64,000 nucleotides of DNA from an uncultured virus (IMG/VR IMGVR_UViG_3300044679_000029). Taxonomy: Duplodnaviria > Heunggongvirae > Uroviricota > Caudoviricetes. Below are positions 1 to 9,520 of the stretch, piece after piece. The stretch is from the IMG/VR virus record IMGVR_UViG_3300044679_000029, positions 53,102 through 117,101 of that record; one strand, 5' to 3'. The position numbers and the translations under genes were made by a program. Every line of letters starts with the position of its first letter. Position 1 is the first letter of the stretch. The notes beneath the pieces are model-generated. The model was given only the letters and a program-made list of their open reading frames with translations, had not been told where the DNA came from and made no database searches.

Positions 1-994
1 TGCCTGCGACAATACCTTGGTACTTCTTTTTTTCGATCATCTGAAAGCCGGCATTAATATCTAGCGTTGGGTCACAAAGTGCCTTAAGATCTTCCAAACC
101 AACTAGACGTGTGCCTAATGAATCTGATACACCGAGCACTTCGTTCAAGAAAGAACTGGGAGAATACAGTTCCATTTTCTCCAAGATACGTGCCCAGCGC
201 GACGGACTTTCGCTATTAAGCGGAAGAATTAATTGGCTAATGTGATAACCTTTTATTCGAGCGGTCGGTTTAAGATCGACCCACTTACCACTTCGTGCGT
301 GAAGCGTATGACCGCAACTAGCGCAGATAATCCCCTTAAGACCAATCGAACGCACTGAATCAATAAAATTTGATTTATTACAACCGTCGCACTTCATCAC
401 CCACTCGGATGAAGTTGACTGATCAAACAACCATTGTATACCGTTATCGTTAGTTTTAGGTGTACCAGTATATAATATATAACCGTAAGGGCTGTTAGCT
501 GAACACTCCTTAATAATCGGGAGTAGAGAGATAACATCTAGATCCTGGACCTCGTCCAAGAAGATTCGATCAGCTGAAATACCTCGGATACGATCTGCGT
601 CTTCCTGCGCGTATGACAAAGCAATTTCCGACCCGTTGGACATAATCTTTAAGAACACGTTTGCAGTAGATCCATAACCACAAAAATTACGACGCACCAG
701 CGGGGAGTAATTCAATGTCTTAGACAGACGCGTAGTACTAAATTTTGAAGTCTGGTTCTCCGACGGCGACACGTATAACGTCTTCCAGTGTGCTCTAGCT
801 ATACTCTCTGAGATAATGAAGTTTGAGGCCATCGTAGACTTGGAGCACTGACGACCAGATTTAACAATAATTTCTGGCGCGTTACGATCATATATGTCGT
901 AGGCCCACGGGTAGTCGCGTAAAGATACTGGTTTCCCGTCTAAGTATAATAGACTTTCAACCAGCCTAGATTTGGTTACATTGTACCGGCTCAT
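1..994 (-). CDS. Terminase large subunit, GpA-like (3' end runs off the window)
   Basis: Not in the ORF track. Manual translation from ATG at 994: MSRYNVTKSRLVESLLYLDGKPVSLRDYPWAYDIYD...IIVKSGRQCSKST (Walker A), DRIRGISAD, IFLDEVQD (Walker B), YTGTPKT, CxxC pairs, KGYHISQL; frame open to position 1. Confidence 0.88.
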   Translation of the reverse strand, partial: MSRYNVTKSRLVESLLYLDGKPVSLRDYPWAYDIYDRNAPEIIVKSGRQCSKSTMASNFIISESIARAHWKTLYVSPSENQTSKFSTTRLSKTLNYSPLVRRNFCGYGSTANVFLKIMSNGSEIALSYAQEDADRIRGISADRIFLDEVQDLDVISLLPIIKECSANSPYGYILYTGTPKTNDNGIQWLFDQSTSSEWVMKCDGCNKSNFIDSVRSIGLKGIICASCGHTLHARSGKWVDLKPTARIKGYHISQLILPLNSESPSRWARILEKMELYSPSSFLNEVLGVSDSLGTRLVGLEDLKALCDPTLDINAGFQMIEKKKYQGIVAG

Positions 995-1026
995 AGTATA
1001 ATAATAGACTGATTTATATTTTAGCT

Positions 1027-1043
1027 AAAAATCTGGTATAAGA
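1027..1043 (+). promoter_or_regulatory. Phage early promoter motif AAAAATCTGGTATAAGA
   Basis: Identical 17-mer at 36626-36642; core TGGTATAAGA also at 53267 and 61772; each copy heads a plus-strand gene block. Confidence 0.7.
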
Positions 1044-1051
1044 ACTTGCTT

Positions 1052-1357
1052 CTAAAGCATTCATGCTTAGATGGGAGAACAAAATGGCAAAGCTAATAAA
1101 CGAGAATATGTTTGAGTTGGATGACGGTCGTGTCGCTTGTTTTGTCTTTGGGCAGAAGTACGCCCTCAAAGACGGCCGAGTTGGTGAGTACACTGGGTGT
1201 TGTGGCTCCGATATCGAACTGTCTATTGGCGCTGGATCCGCTGGCGGGGTCTACATCATCACGGTTACCGCTGAGGACGTTGAGGACACAGATATCGTTA
1301 CCTTTAAATCCGAGCACCGGAAGTTCAGTTATGAGAACTAAAGCACTCATGCTTAGA
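1052..1357 (+). repeat. 20-nt direct repeat CTAAAGCA(T/C)TCATGCTTAGA at 1052-1071 and 1338-1357
   Basis: 19/20 identity; each copy forms an AAGCA-N4-TGCTT hairpin and lies just before a GGAG ribosome-binding site. Confidence 0.75.
1084..1341 (+). CDS. Hypothetical early protein
   Basis: ORF with GGAG RBS before ATG 1084, downstream of the promoter motif. Confidence 0.65.
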   Translation: MAKLINENMFELDDGRVACFVFGQKYALKDGRVGEYTGCCGSDIELSIGAGSAGGVYIITVTAEDVEDTDIVTFKSEHRKFSYEN

Positions 1358-1372
1358 ATGAGGAGATAAATA

Positions 1373-1759
1373 ATGAACTTCAACGCCGGCCGTATTTTGC
1401 TAGGAACATTTAAGCAACATATTACGCGGCTTAATAGTACTACCAAAAAGTACAATGTCACTGGAAGTCGAGATGCTAACTCAATATGTATTACACCAGT
1501 TGACAACCAAGAGTATGAAGTAAAGATATCTATTTATGGTCACGTAGACACTGGTGTAATGTTTCTACGTTTGGGCTTTATACGTACGCCTAAAATTGCC
1601 TGCGCAGATACATTTTCGTTCAAAACTGATTTTAAGCAAGACGAGCTAGCTGAACTTTTAGACACCGTCGACAGAATATTCGCCGGTGAGCTTACAGGAA
1701 CTAATTCACTCGACAAACTTTTAAATGAATGCTATAGTAAAAATATTACTGTAGCTTAG
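1373..1759 (+). CDS. Hypothetical protein
   Basis: 128 aa ORF with AGGAG RBS. Confidence 0.7.
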   Translation: MNFNAGRILLGTFKQHITRLNSTTKKYNVTGSRDANSICITPVDNQEYEVKISIYGHVDTGVMFLRLGFIRTPKIACADTFSFKTDFKQDELAELLDTVDRIFAGELTGTNSLDKLLNECYSKNITVA

Positions 1760-1767
1760 GATATAAC

Positions 1768-2174
1768 ATGACAAAACCAAATTCAGATTTTTATTTTGGT
1801 ATCTACAAGAAGGTACTGGACCGTGTGTACTTAGTGTCATAGATAAGTCTTTCTGGGATACGAACCACACGCTTAAAAGCACCGGTATTGTCGACGATGA
1901 CACCAAGGATAAAATTGATAATGATTTTCTAAAGCAGAATTGTAGCAACTCGACCTGCAGTAGTAGTACGTGGTTTCCTGGAAAACGGGTTGATACTACT
2001 TATGCTAAGTCATGTAGGGACTACCACAATAGTGAATTTAAGACTGAAGAAACCGCGTCTTCGCCGTCAGAAGTACGCAAGATTGTGGAACAGCACGGGT
2101 TTAAGTATAATCAAGATATATCAGATCTTGTGCGAGCCGCAACTGATAAAGCCATGGAGTTGCTAAATGGATAA
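1768..2174 (+). pseudogene. Frameshifted hypothetical gene
   Basis: ATG 1768 frame stops at 1842 (24 aa). The -1 frame is open 1767-2174 with no early start codon. Confidence 0.5.
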
Positions 2175-2279
2175 AATTTTTGGCTTGTTCGATGGCTGGA
2201 AAGTAACAGTAACGCCTAGCAAGACCCCGTAGCGAATAGCAGTACAGAGTGCATCATTCTATAACAAGGATTCAAATAT

Positions 2280-3524
2280 ATGTCAAAGACTACAGCAGAG
2301 AGCCCAGATACTAATAAGCAGGCGGATGTTGAGCAGTTCAAGTTGATGAAGATGCAGTGGGGCGATCCGGCGTTCGTGAAGGCACACATTAAGGCGTGCA
2401 TGGATACGAATGAGGTCGCCGGAGTCATTGGTAAGGCCGGTATCGGTAAGACCGATATCGTTCAGCAGCTCGTGAAGGAATTGTCCGAGAGTACGGGCAA
2501 GACGTGGGGATGTCGTGTTATCCAACTCCAGCATTTGGAGAAGGAGGACATCGCGGGATTTCCGTTCCCAGATCCTGATAACAGTCACAGCGTGGTGATG
2601 CGTCTTCTGAAGCGGTTGCCTCGCGAAGGTGATTGTGAGGAGTGTGGCATTATCTTCTTCGATGAGTTCAATCGAGCAGATAAGTCAGTCACGAATGCTG
2701 TCTTCCCCGTCATGGAGGAGCGTCGTATCGGTGACTGGTACGTTCCAAAGGGTTGGCACGTTGTTCTCGCTGGTAACGTCTCTGATGACGCCTACGCGGT
2801 GAATGAGGCGGAGAAGGATCCCGCTATTCGTCGCCGTGTGTGCTGGGTCGGTGCTGTGTGCAATAGCCGTCAGTGGTTGGAGTATGCGCGGTCTGTCGGT
2901 ATGCACCAGTCTGTGATCGAGTTCATCGCTGCAAATCCCCCGGCTCTGTACGATGACACCGCGCATCGCAATGGTGCGATTGGTGCTTCTCCTGCGTCTT
3001 GGGAGAAGGTTTCCAAGTCGATGCACGCTGCCGGAAAGAATGGAAAGGCTGTCCTCAGCAAGATCGCCGGAAACATTGGTCTTCCGCGGGCGCTCGATTT
3101 CGTTAAGTTCGCCGAAGAGATCAGCAATAAGCCACCTCCACCGCTTGAAATTCTCTTGAATTTCACTACGGATGAGAATCTACAGCGTCGAGTCAAGATG
3201 CTGGAGCCGGGTGAGACTGCAAACCTCAGTTCGTCCGTCTTGCACGCTCTCAACGAGTTGAGTGCAGACGCCGATCAGAAGGTCGTTGAGACCAATCTGG
3301 CCGAGTATCTGAATACTCTCACGAGCGACGGGTTCGCCAACTTCATCGAGTTGGTGGTTCAGTCGGTGGCAACTAACATGTCACCGATTGCGGCGAGCGT
3401 GTTGGAGAGCATGTCGCAGGACAAGAAGTATAAGGCTCGCGCCAAGAAGGTCCAGAAGTCGATTGCCTCGTTGAACGGCAAGTCGGTGGTATTGACTGAT
3501 GGCGATAAGACGGTGACAGTCTAG
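2280..3524 (+). CDS. MoxR-like AAA+ ATPase
   Basis: Walker A GKAGIGKT, Walker B FFDEFNRA, VVLAGN sensor, DPAIRRR arginine finger. Confidence 0.85.
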   Translation: MSKTTAESPDTNKQADVEQFKLMKMQWGDPAFVKAHIKACMDTNEVAGVIGKAGIGKTDIVQQLVKELSESTGKTWGCRVIQLQHLEKEDIAGFPFPDPDNSHSVVMRLLKRLPREGDCEECGIIFFDEFNRADKSVTNAVFPVMEERRIGDWYVPKGWHVVLAGNVSDDAYAVNEAEKDPAIRRRVCWVGAVCNSRQWLEYARSVGMHQSVIEFIAANPPALYDDTAHRNGAIGASPASWEKVSKSMHAAGKNGKAVLSKIAGNIGLPRALDFVKFAEEISNKPPPPLEILLNFTTDENLQRRVKMLEPGETANLSSSVLHALNELSADADQKVVETNLAEYLNTLTSDGFANFIELVVQSVATNMSPIAASVLESMSQDKKYKARAKKVQKSIASLNGKSVVLTDGDKTVTV

Positions 3525-4375
3525 ATTAGACTGTTACAAGCAGTTGTGTAGGACGTAAGACAGTCCAGCAAGTGGTTCTCCACAGAGGCTAATTTGCCTA
3601 GTTGGATGTCTAACGGGGTCTCAGAGAAGGTGGTAGTAGTGAGGTCGTTCTTGTTCGTCTCCGACCAAGCTGCTACCACCTCTTCTGTTGACAGCCCTGT
3701 TCCATTGCGATTCAAATATTTAAGTTCTTCGGCAGCAAAAGTTAATACATCTGGACATACAAGCATACCATATTCATGTAGACATCCAGCCGTGTATACG
3801 CGCGGTTCTCTGTCTAACGTGGTACCAAAAGCGCCGGTATTTTCTAAGACAAAATCGGCCTCGATACACGCCCAGGCTAAATATGCTGGAGTTACCGGGC
3901 GTAAGATTTCTGTGTCAGGAATTTCTCCGGCAAATGCGGCAACCGTTGTAGCGAAGACATTAGCGTCCATTAAGAATACTGGCATATCAATGAGAAGCAT
4001 CGCGGATAGGAGTTTATTCCTATTTTCATGGGATAAGTCTATATCATGCTCATCAGCTAGTGTATGCCAGATAGTATCTGGGTCAAAAGTAGTTATTAAT
4101 GGGCCTAAAACATTCGTGGCTGCAAGCAAGACTAAACTGGCATTAGTGTCGGGGTTAGCCAATAAAACCTTACTACGGGTCTGCCAGGCCCCCGTACCAG
4201 TCTTATAGTTAATAGTCCTATCCTCATAATGACCCGCGATCTCAGATTGATTACGTTTGCAGGCCGATGCTGCAGCATCAAATGCTGCCTTGGCTTTTAT
4301 AATTGCTTTATTTAGGGCTGGGCTATTCTTAGTGCGCCCAATAGGATCTAAGGCATACGGTTCTTCGATTGTCAT
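3521..4375 (-). CDS. Hypothetical protein, possibly head-associated
   Basis: 284 aa ORF immediately downstream of 4380-5366 on the late strand; stop overlaps the MoxR stop (CTAG). Confidence 0.6.
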   Translation of the reverse strand: MTIEEPYALDPIGRTKNSPALNKAIIKAKAAFDAAASACKRNQSEIAGHYEDRTINYKTGTGAWQTRSKVLLANPDTNASLVLLAATNVLGPLITTFDPDTIWHTLADEHDIDLSHENRNKLLSAMLLIDMPVFLMDANVFATTVAAFAGEIPDTEILRPVTPAYLAWACIEADFVLENTGAFGTTLDREPRVYTAGCLHEYGMLVCPDVLTFAAEELKYLNRNGTGLSTEEVVAAWSETNKNDLTTTTFSETPLDIQLGKLASVENHLLDCLTSYTTACNSLI

Positions 4376-4379
4376 ATCT

Positions 4380-5366
4380 TTATCGTCTATACCCGAGATT
4401 ATCGACTAAGATATTTTGAAGATCACGAGGCATGCCAGGTAACTCTCGGCCTAACGCGTCCGGGTCCAAATCGCCGTCTGGTGCCACGGAATTCTGAAAA
4501 TCTTCTCCGAAAATATCGCCGTACAGTTCAGGTGGTGAACCAAGTAATCTAGACATACCCACGTCTCGACCACCCACATTAACTTGCTCTTCCGCCAATT
4601 TTGAAGTATTAAAAATAGTTAATACCGCATCCGGAATTGAGTGGCCATAAAACCTTTCAACTTCTGACTTTTCGTCTAGTTCTGAGATACTCTGAGCCAG
4701 CTTAACAAGGGACTTGCGATCGTGACTTTCAGTAATTTTAACGCTAGCTAGTTTATCTGCCATATCGCGATAGGCTATTGAATTAGCCTCGTTGTTGGCA
4801 ATCATAGACCTTACCTCAAGCCAGTCTCTCACGGCTGTGAGATCTGAACGGACGCATCCTGACAACTTCTCCACAGCAACATTTACTGGCACATTCAACT
4901 GTGCAGCCTTCGTCATTAGTCGAACGGCCGCCTGAACTCGTTGCGCGACTGGCATCGTAGTGGCTTCCGCGATAGCCTCAGAAGCTAGCTTAACGGTTTC
5001 AGCGTCCTTAACAGCCCAACGCTTTTCATCTGGCAGCAAATAAAATTTATCATCTATAGCAGCAGCAGTTTTAATAGTTGGGATTGCAATACCGTAAATA
5101 TCGCAGGCTTCCTTTACGGCAAGCTTAATAGAATCCGGAACAGACGGGTCAGTCGCATACAAATATGACAGGGCGGCGTGCGCTGATTCATGAATAGGAA
5201 ACTTACGACCATTCTGGTCGGCGAATGCGGAATCAGGTAAATTATCATATTCATCTGGTCCGACAGAAGCTGTCTTAATAAGTTCGCTAGCATCGGGATA
5301 AGACTTAAGTAAAGATGCTAACCGACGAAAACTGGGGTCTGAAAACTGATCTGTTAGATTAGGCAT
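4380..5366 (-). CDS. Putative head-associated protein with K-[TL]-A motifs
   Basis: LPDSAFADQNGRKFPIH motif typical of phage head proteins; repeated IKTAS, IKTAA, VKLAS, DKLAS, VKLAQ, SKLAE; AGGAG RBS. Confidence 0.55.
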   Translation of the reverse strand: MPNLTDQFSDPSFRRLASLLKSYPDASELIKTASVGPDEYDNLPDSAFADQNGRKFPIHESAHAALSYLYATDPSVPDSIKLAVKEACDIYGIAIPTIKTAAAIDDKFYLLPDEKRWAVKDAETVKLASEAIAEATTMPVAQRVQAAVRLMTKAAQLNVPVNVAVEKLSGCVRSDLTAVRDWLEVRSMIANNEANSIAYRDMADKLASVKITESHDRKSLVKLAQSISELDEKSEVERFYGHSIPDAVLTIFNTSKLAEEQVNVGGRDVGMSRLLGSPPELYGDIFGEDFQNSVAPDGDLDPDALGRELPGMPRDLQNILVDNLGYRR

Positions 5367-5465
5367 TTAAGGCTCCTTACAACGATATACAATAATAGGA
5401 TGTAGGTATCACAGGTATTATGGCCCCGTTTCGAACAGAAGTCAACTAATAACAAAGGTATTTTA

Positions 5466-6947
5466 ATGGCAGACGAAAAGACAGATATTGTTGTAGCACC
5501 GCCACAAGAAGAGACTAAGATCGACCATGGGGATATGCCAACCATCCATGATATTCTTGGATATCTCATTATGACCCGCGGAAACGAGTCTTTCTACGCA
5601 AATATGCTCAGCCGATTGAAGATTCGCGAAGAGCGACAAATCCCTTCGATCATGGGTGTTTCGTGGGAGGGTAATGGATACTGCCTTCTGTATAATCCAG
5701 ACTATCAGGCTACCGAAGTTATGACTATGCAGCCGGGTGAGCGCCTGACTTATCTGAAGAGTGTAGTCGCGCACGAAGCCATGCATATTCTGCTGAACCA
5801 CATTCCTCGTATGGCTCGGATGGCATCGATTTTGCCGACAGCCAAGTCACGTACATTGTTTGCGCCAACCGTTCCTGATCGTAGTGGAAAACCGACGTAT
5901 ACGATTCAGAACATTGCAACGGACGCAGCGGTCAATGAAAATCTTGCTCCGTCTTTCCCGAACATTGGAAATAGTAAACAGGGCTGGGTTCTTCCTGGAA
6001 CTATTGGTGCGCCTGAGAAGTGCACCGCTGAACAATATGCCGAACTTCTTTTGTCTAAGACTCCGTCGATGACTACGCAGCAGCTTGCGCAGATGATTCA
6101 GGACGCTCTGGAACGAAAGAAAAATAAGGCCAACGGGCAGGGTAAGGGGCAGCAGGGTAAGGGTGATAAGCAAGGGCCGCCACAGAACGGTAAGGGCCAG
6201 CAGGGTGGAAATGGTCAGGGCGGCTTCGACGTATCTCACGAAGGAGCGCACGACGATTGGGCGTCAAAGCTCGATGAAATGACTCCTGAAGAGCTAGAGA
6301 ATATGGCCCAGACTCTCGAACAAGAGTCGCAGCGTCTTGTTAACGAGGTTGCTCGTACGTGCGGCAATATTCCTGGGGAGATTCAGGAAATCTTGTCGCG
6401 GCTCGAAAAGGCCGGAGAAGTTCCGTGGCACCGGCTGCTCAAAAATCAGATCGTCAATAAGATCCAGTCCAAGAAGAAGCGCAGTCTACAACGTAGTAAC
6501 CGCCGCAGTGGCAGTGGCGGAGGTTGTCTATACCCCGGGCGAGTTCCTGAGTTTAACTTCAGGATCAAGTGGGGCGTAGATGAATCTGGCTCAATGTCCG
6601 ATACTGCTTTGGCAGCCGGTCTTGTCGAAATGCAGAATTTGATTCGACAATTTCCTGGTGTTGAAGTCGAGGTCGTTGAGTTTGACTGTAAGATTGATCG
6701 TATTTATACGGTCAATAAGAAGTCTGAAATTAAGTATGACGCGATGGGTAGAGGTGGAACTAGCTTCGACCCGTTCTTTGAGTATGTTGCCGAAAAAGGC
6801 GGTGCCGATTTCGTTGTCATATTCACTGATGGTTTTGCACCTGCGCCACAAACTCGCCCAAAAGTCCCGCTGATTTGGTGTCTCACAGCCAATGGGGAAT
6901 GTCCCTGCCCAGAGTACGGGAAGCAAATTCGTATCAGCGAGGGTTAA
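5466..6947 (+). CDS. Metallopeptidase + VWA domain protein (DUF2201-like), MoxR partner
   Basis: HEAMH (HExxH), NIATDAAVN, Gln/Gly-rich linker, VPWHRLL, MIDAS DESGS, GRGGTSF, FTDG. Confidence 0.85.
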   Translation: MADEKTDIVVAPPQEETKIDHGDMPTIHDILGYLIMTRGNESFYANMLSRLKIREERQIPSIMGVSWEGNGYCLLYNPDYQATEVMTMQPGERLTYLKSVVAHEAMHILLNHIPRMARMASILPTAKSRTLFAPTVPDRSGKPTYTIQNIATDAAVNENLAPSFPNIGNSKQGWVLPGTIGAPEKCTAEQYAELLLSKTPSMTTQQLAQMIQDALERKKNKANGQGKGQQGKGDKQGPPQNGKGQQGGNGQGGFDVSHEGAHDDWASKLDEMTPEELENMAQTLEQESQRLVNEVARTCGNIPGEIQEILSRLEKAGEVPWHRLLKNQIVNKIQSKKKRSLQRSNRRSGSGGGCLYPGRVPEFNFRIKWGVDESGSMSDTALAAGLVEMQNLIRQFPGVEVEVVEFDCKIDRIYTVNKKSEIKYDAMGRGGTSFDPFFEYVAEKGGADFVVIFTDGFAPAPQTRPKVPLIWCLTANGECPCPEYGKQIRISEG

Positions 6948-6958
6948 TAAAACCAGAT

Positions 6959-6997
6959 GAAAGCTGGCGGTGGTAATAATACTGCCGCCAGCTTTTC
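6959..6997 (+). terminator. Intrinsic terminator
   Basis: AAAGCTGGCGGTGGTA-ATAA-TACTGCCGCCAGCTTTT stem right after the VWA gene stop. Confidence 0.75.
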
Positions 6998-7025
6998 GTC
7001 TACAACTAGCGAGGTACATTTCATC

Positions 7026-7295
7026 GTGAGTGGAGAAATCCACAATCATAGTAGCATTACTGTAACAACGAATATCCCTAAGCCGATGTATAATCGATTT
7101 CGCGTCTTAGTATTCAAGGCAAAAGTAGAAGGCTGGAAGTCTGTTTATGGGCTACCAGCAGAAGCAGTTTCTGATACTCAAAAGTATGAGTATGTTCATA
7201 AGAAGCTCTGCTTTTATCAAAAGCTCAACCCAGAATCTAGAAAGATTGCCAGGATGCTGGCTAAGGTTGAAGCGACTAAGCCCAACGAGGGCTAA
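7026..7295 (+). CDS. Small basic hypothetical protein
   Basis: GTG 7026 after GAGG; the upstream part of the track ORF coincides with the terminator hairpin. Confidence 0.5.
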   Translation: MSGEIHNHSSITVTTNIPKPMYNRFRVLVFKAKVEGWKSVYGLPAEAVSDTQKYEYVHKKLCFYQKLNPESRKIARMLAKVEATKPNEG

Positions 7296-7297
7296 AA

Positions 7298-7336
7298 AGC
7301 TAAAAAGCCCGGAGACCTTAAATGGTCTCTGGGCTT
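7298..7336 (-). terminator. Intrinsic terminator of the minus-strand structural block
   Basis: Minus strand AAGCCCAGAGACC-loop-GGTCTCCGGGCTTTTTAGC. Confidence 0.7.
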
Positions 7337-7364
7337 GGAAGCTTTCAGGATTAATTTTTTTAGA

Positions 7365-8324
7365 TTAACTTAGGGTAGTACCAACATTGGTTACTAGACC
7401 CCAAACCAGTCCGCTGGACTTACTAATTGCCTCTAGAACAACAAACTGTCCGACAGCAGTGAAATCGATATGAGTATGTGCGTTATCGAACTCTGCGGCG
7501 ACAGTAACAGTCCGAGTTCCAGAGCCAACTGTATTTGCGCTAATAATCATCTTCTGACCGATAAACGTGGGAATCGCCAGAGTATTAGTTTCTGGTCCTG
7601 CGGAACCGATTGTGAGAGCAACGTTAGCAGAACGAGTTACACCGATTGCTGCGCCAGTCCCTGGGTCTGCGAGTGTTAGCGGGATATAGTGCTTAAGAGC
7701 GTCAATGCCAGCCTGAACTGTGGACGGGCTGCCGACCGAGGCAACGAAGGTGGTGTCGTTATATGTGGTGCCTGCAGCAGAAGCAGAGGTAGCGGTCTGA
7801 GTAAAAGTTAGATTGGTAGTACCAACCACAATCGGATTCTTTGTGGTTAGAAGCCACTGAGTTCCAGCATACGTAGTGCCTTCCATAACAGTTACAGTCT
7901 CACCTGCAGATACTGAACTCTCACCGTTAGGACCGACAAGTCGTGTCCAGGTTCCGGTCGAGGCGACGTAAAGACCATTGGCTGGAGCGGAAGCCTGATC
8001 TGTTAGAAGAACGATATCACCAGCCGCGATAGCACCAGTATCGACGGCGGAAAGCCCGTTGGTAGCAAGATTGATTGCGGCGGCGGCTACATACCTGGCT
8101 ACGTAAGCGGTACCTGAGCTGGTAAAGTAGTCGATCGTGCCGGCAGCGGCTAGAGCATCTAGACCGCCCTGCATATTAGCGAAAGTCGCCTCTGTGAGTG
8201 GTGTAGAAACAGTAGTACTAGCGGGAACAGTAATTACTGTCGCTGTCTGGTCATACCCGGTCGGGTCCGATACGACAACTTCCGATGTCGCTAGGTTCTT
8301 AATAAATAAGGTAGTAGTGGACAT
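7365..8324 (-). CDS. Virion structural protein (head decoration/fibre-like)
   Basis: GDIVLLTDQASAPANGLYVASTGTWTR matches a common phage fibre/decoration domain; Thr/Ala-rich; GGAGG RBS. Confidence 0.65.
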   Translation of the reverse strand: MSTTTLFIKNLATSEVVVSDPTGYDQTATVITVPASTTVSTPLTEATFANMQGGLDALAAAGTIDYFTSSGTAYVARYVAAAAINLATNGLSAVDTGAIAAGDIVLLTDQASAPANGLYVASTGTWTRLVGPNGESSVSAGETVTVMEGTTYAGTQWLLTTKNPIVVGTTNLTFTQTATSASAAGTTYNDTTFVASVGSPSTVQAGIDALKHYIPLTLADPGTGAAIGVTRSANVALTIGSAGPETNTLAIPTFIGQKMIISANTVGSGTRTVTVAAEFDNAHTHIDFTAVGQFVVLEAISKSSGLVWGLVTNVGTTLS

Positions 8325-8393
8325 AAGGCGTGCTCCTCCAAAAGACTTTGTACATTAAATTTAGGATAGGCTGGTTTCTTAGCCAACTACCTT

Positions 8394-9518
8394 TTAACTA
8401 AGGCTAGCTGCTGGATTACCAGGATCAAAATCTGGGCAAACTGCTACTACAGCCGCTAACGCCGAGTTAGCCATATTTTGAGCTGCTATAAGATTCTGGG
8501 CTGTTATAGCGGCATTAGCAGCGGCCGAGTTAAAACTATTGGTCGTAGACTGTACAGCAGACTGGGCTGCCTGGATAGCCGTTGTTACGGCCGTGGTAGC
8601 TGGAATGAACGGCGTAGCCGGAAAAGCAGCGTCTAATACTTTATAGAGATTTACAATCGTTGTCGACCCGCCTGCGGGCTGAAAAATCTGCAATGCATTA
8701 GAAAGATCAGTCTGTGCCGGAGACGTAGGAAAATTCGGTAAATCCTGTATGACACTATACATAAACGTTGCTAATTGACTAAATAAATCAGTACCTACGC
8801 GCGTAGATACCGTAACAGGAAATCCGGCCGGTGGCGTGCCCAGGTCGGCTAACGCAGCTGTTATCTGTGTCTCTAGTTCTTCCTGGTTATCTAGGAGTGC
8901 GGTCGCTGCTGCGGACAATGGTGCAACGACATTCGTATTTATATTCGTTACTACACTAAGTAAATTCTGTGCATTAGTTAAATTAGATTGACTTTGTGCC
9001 AAGGTAGCCGCCGCAGTCGTAGCAGACGTCTGTGCTGTAACTACACTATTCTGAGCAGTTTGCCAAGTAGTAATAAGACCAGATAAGATCGACGGGTCAG
9101 ATGTTGGATAGTAAACTGTAGAGGGTGTAAGAGTCTGAAACGAAGTAGAGAATGCCTCATAAGCGTTGACTAACGCATCAATATTATTGTTTAAGCTAGT
9201 CTGTCCAGCCGTAGCAGTATTTACGTCGTTAAACGTAATAGTCATCTGTGGCGTACGATAATACGTTTGTCCTGCCGCTATAGCGTTCCAGCGGCTTAGA
9301 CCGTATCCGCCACTAGTAATGGCACCGTAATCTGATAGCGTTGCGACTCGTGTAAACGTATCTGTTGTTGGGTCAGCATTAGCACCGATCTGATACAGAA
9401 AAAATCCGTTATCCGGAAGTGTTCCGGCGTTAGTAACGACCGCCACTATTTGAAGCAGTGTTCCATTTACGCCGGCTATAGCCGTTCTAGTTTGTGATAC
9501 TGTAGCAGAGCTTGACAT
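8394..9518 (-). CDS. Putative virion protein with coiled-coil segments
   Basis: Ala/Thr/Gln-rich, nearly Lys-free; N-terminus resembles 9521-9874 (F/W-x-H/R-V-[AS]-T-L-x-D...YYR). Confidence 0.55.
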   Translation of the reverse strand: MSSSATVSQTRTAIAGVNGTLLQIVAVVTNAGTLPDNGFFLYQIGANADPTTDTFTRVATLSDYGAITSGGYGLSRWNAIAAGQTYYRTPQMTITFNDVNTATAGQTSLNNNIDALVNAYEAFSTSFQTLTPSTVYYPTSDPSILSGLITTWQTAQNSVVTAQTSATTAAATLAQSQSNLTNAQNLLSVVTNINTNVVAPLSAAATALLDNQEELETQITAALADLGTPPAGFPVTVSTRVGTDLFSQLATFMYSVIQDLPNFPTSPAQTDLSNALQIFQPAGGSTTIVNLYKVLDAAFPATPFIPATTAVTTAIQAAQSAVQSTTNSFNSAAANAAITAQNLIAAQNMANSALAAVVAVCPDFDPGNPAASLS

Positions 9519-9520
9519 GA

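Noticed and set aside
3594-4208. 204-aa plus-strand ORF and similar shadows over structural genes (e.g. 13371-13943, 24566-25057)
   Set aside because: They lie antisense to better-supported genes and have no motifs or RBS.
6957-7025. N-terminal extension of track ORF 6957-7295
   Set aside because: It coincides with a terminator hairpin; GTG 7026 with an RBS is more plausible.
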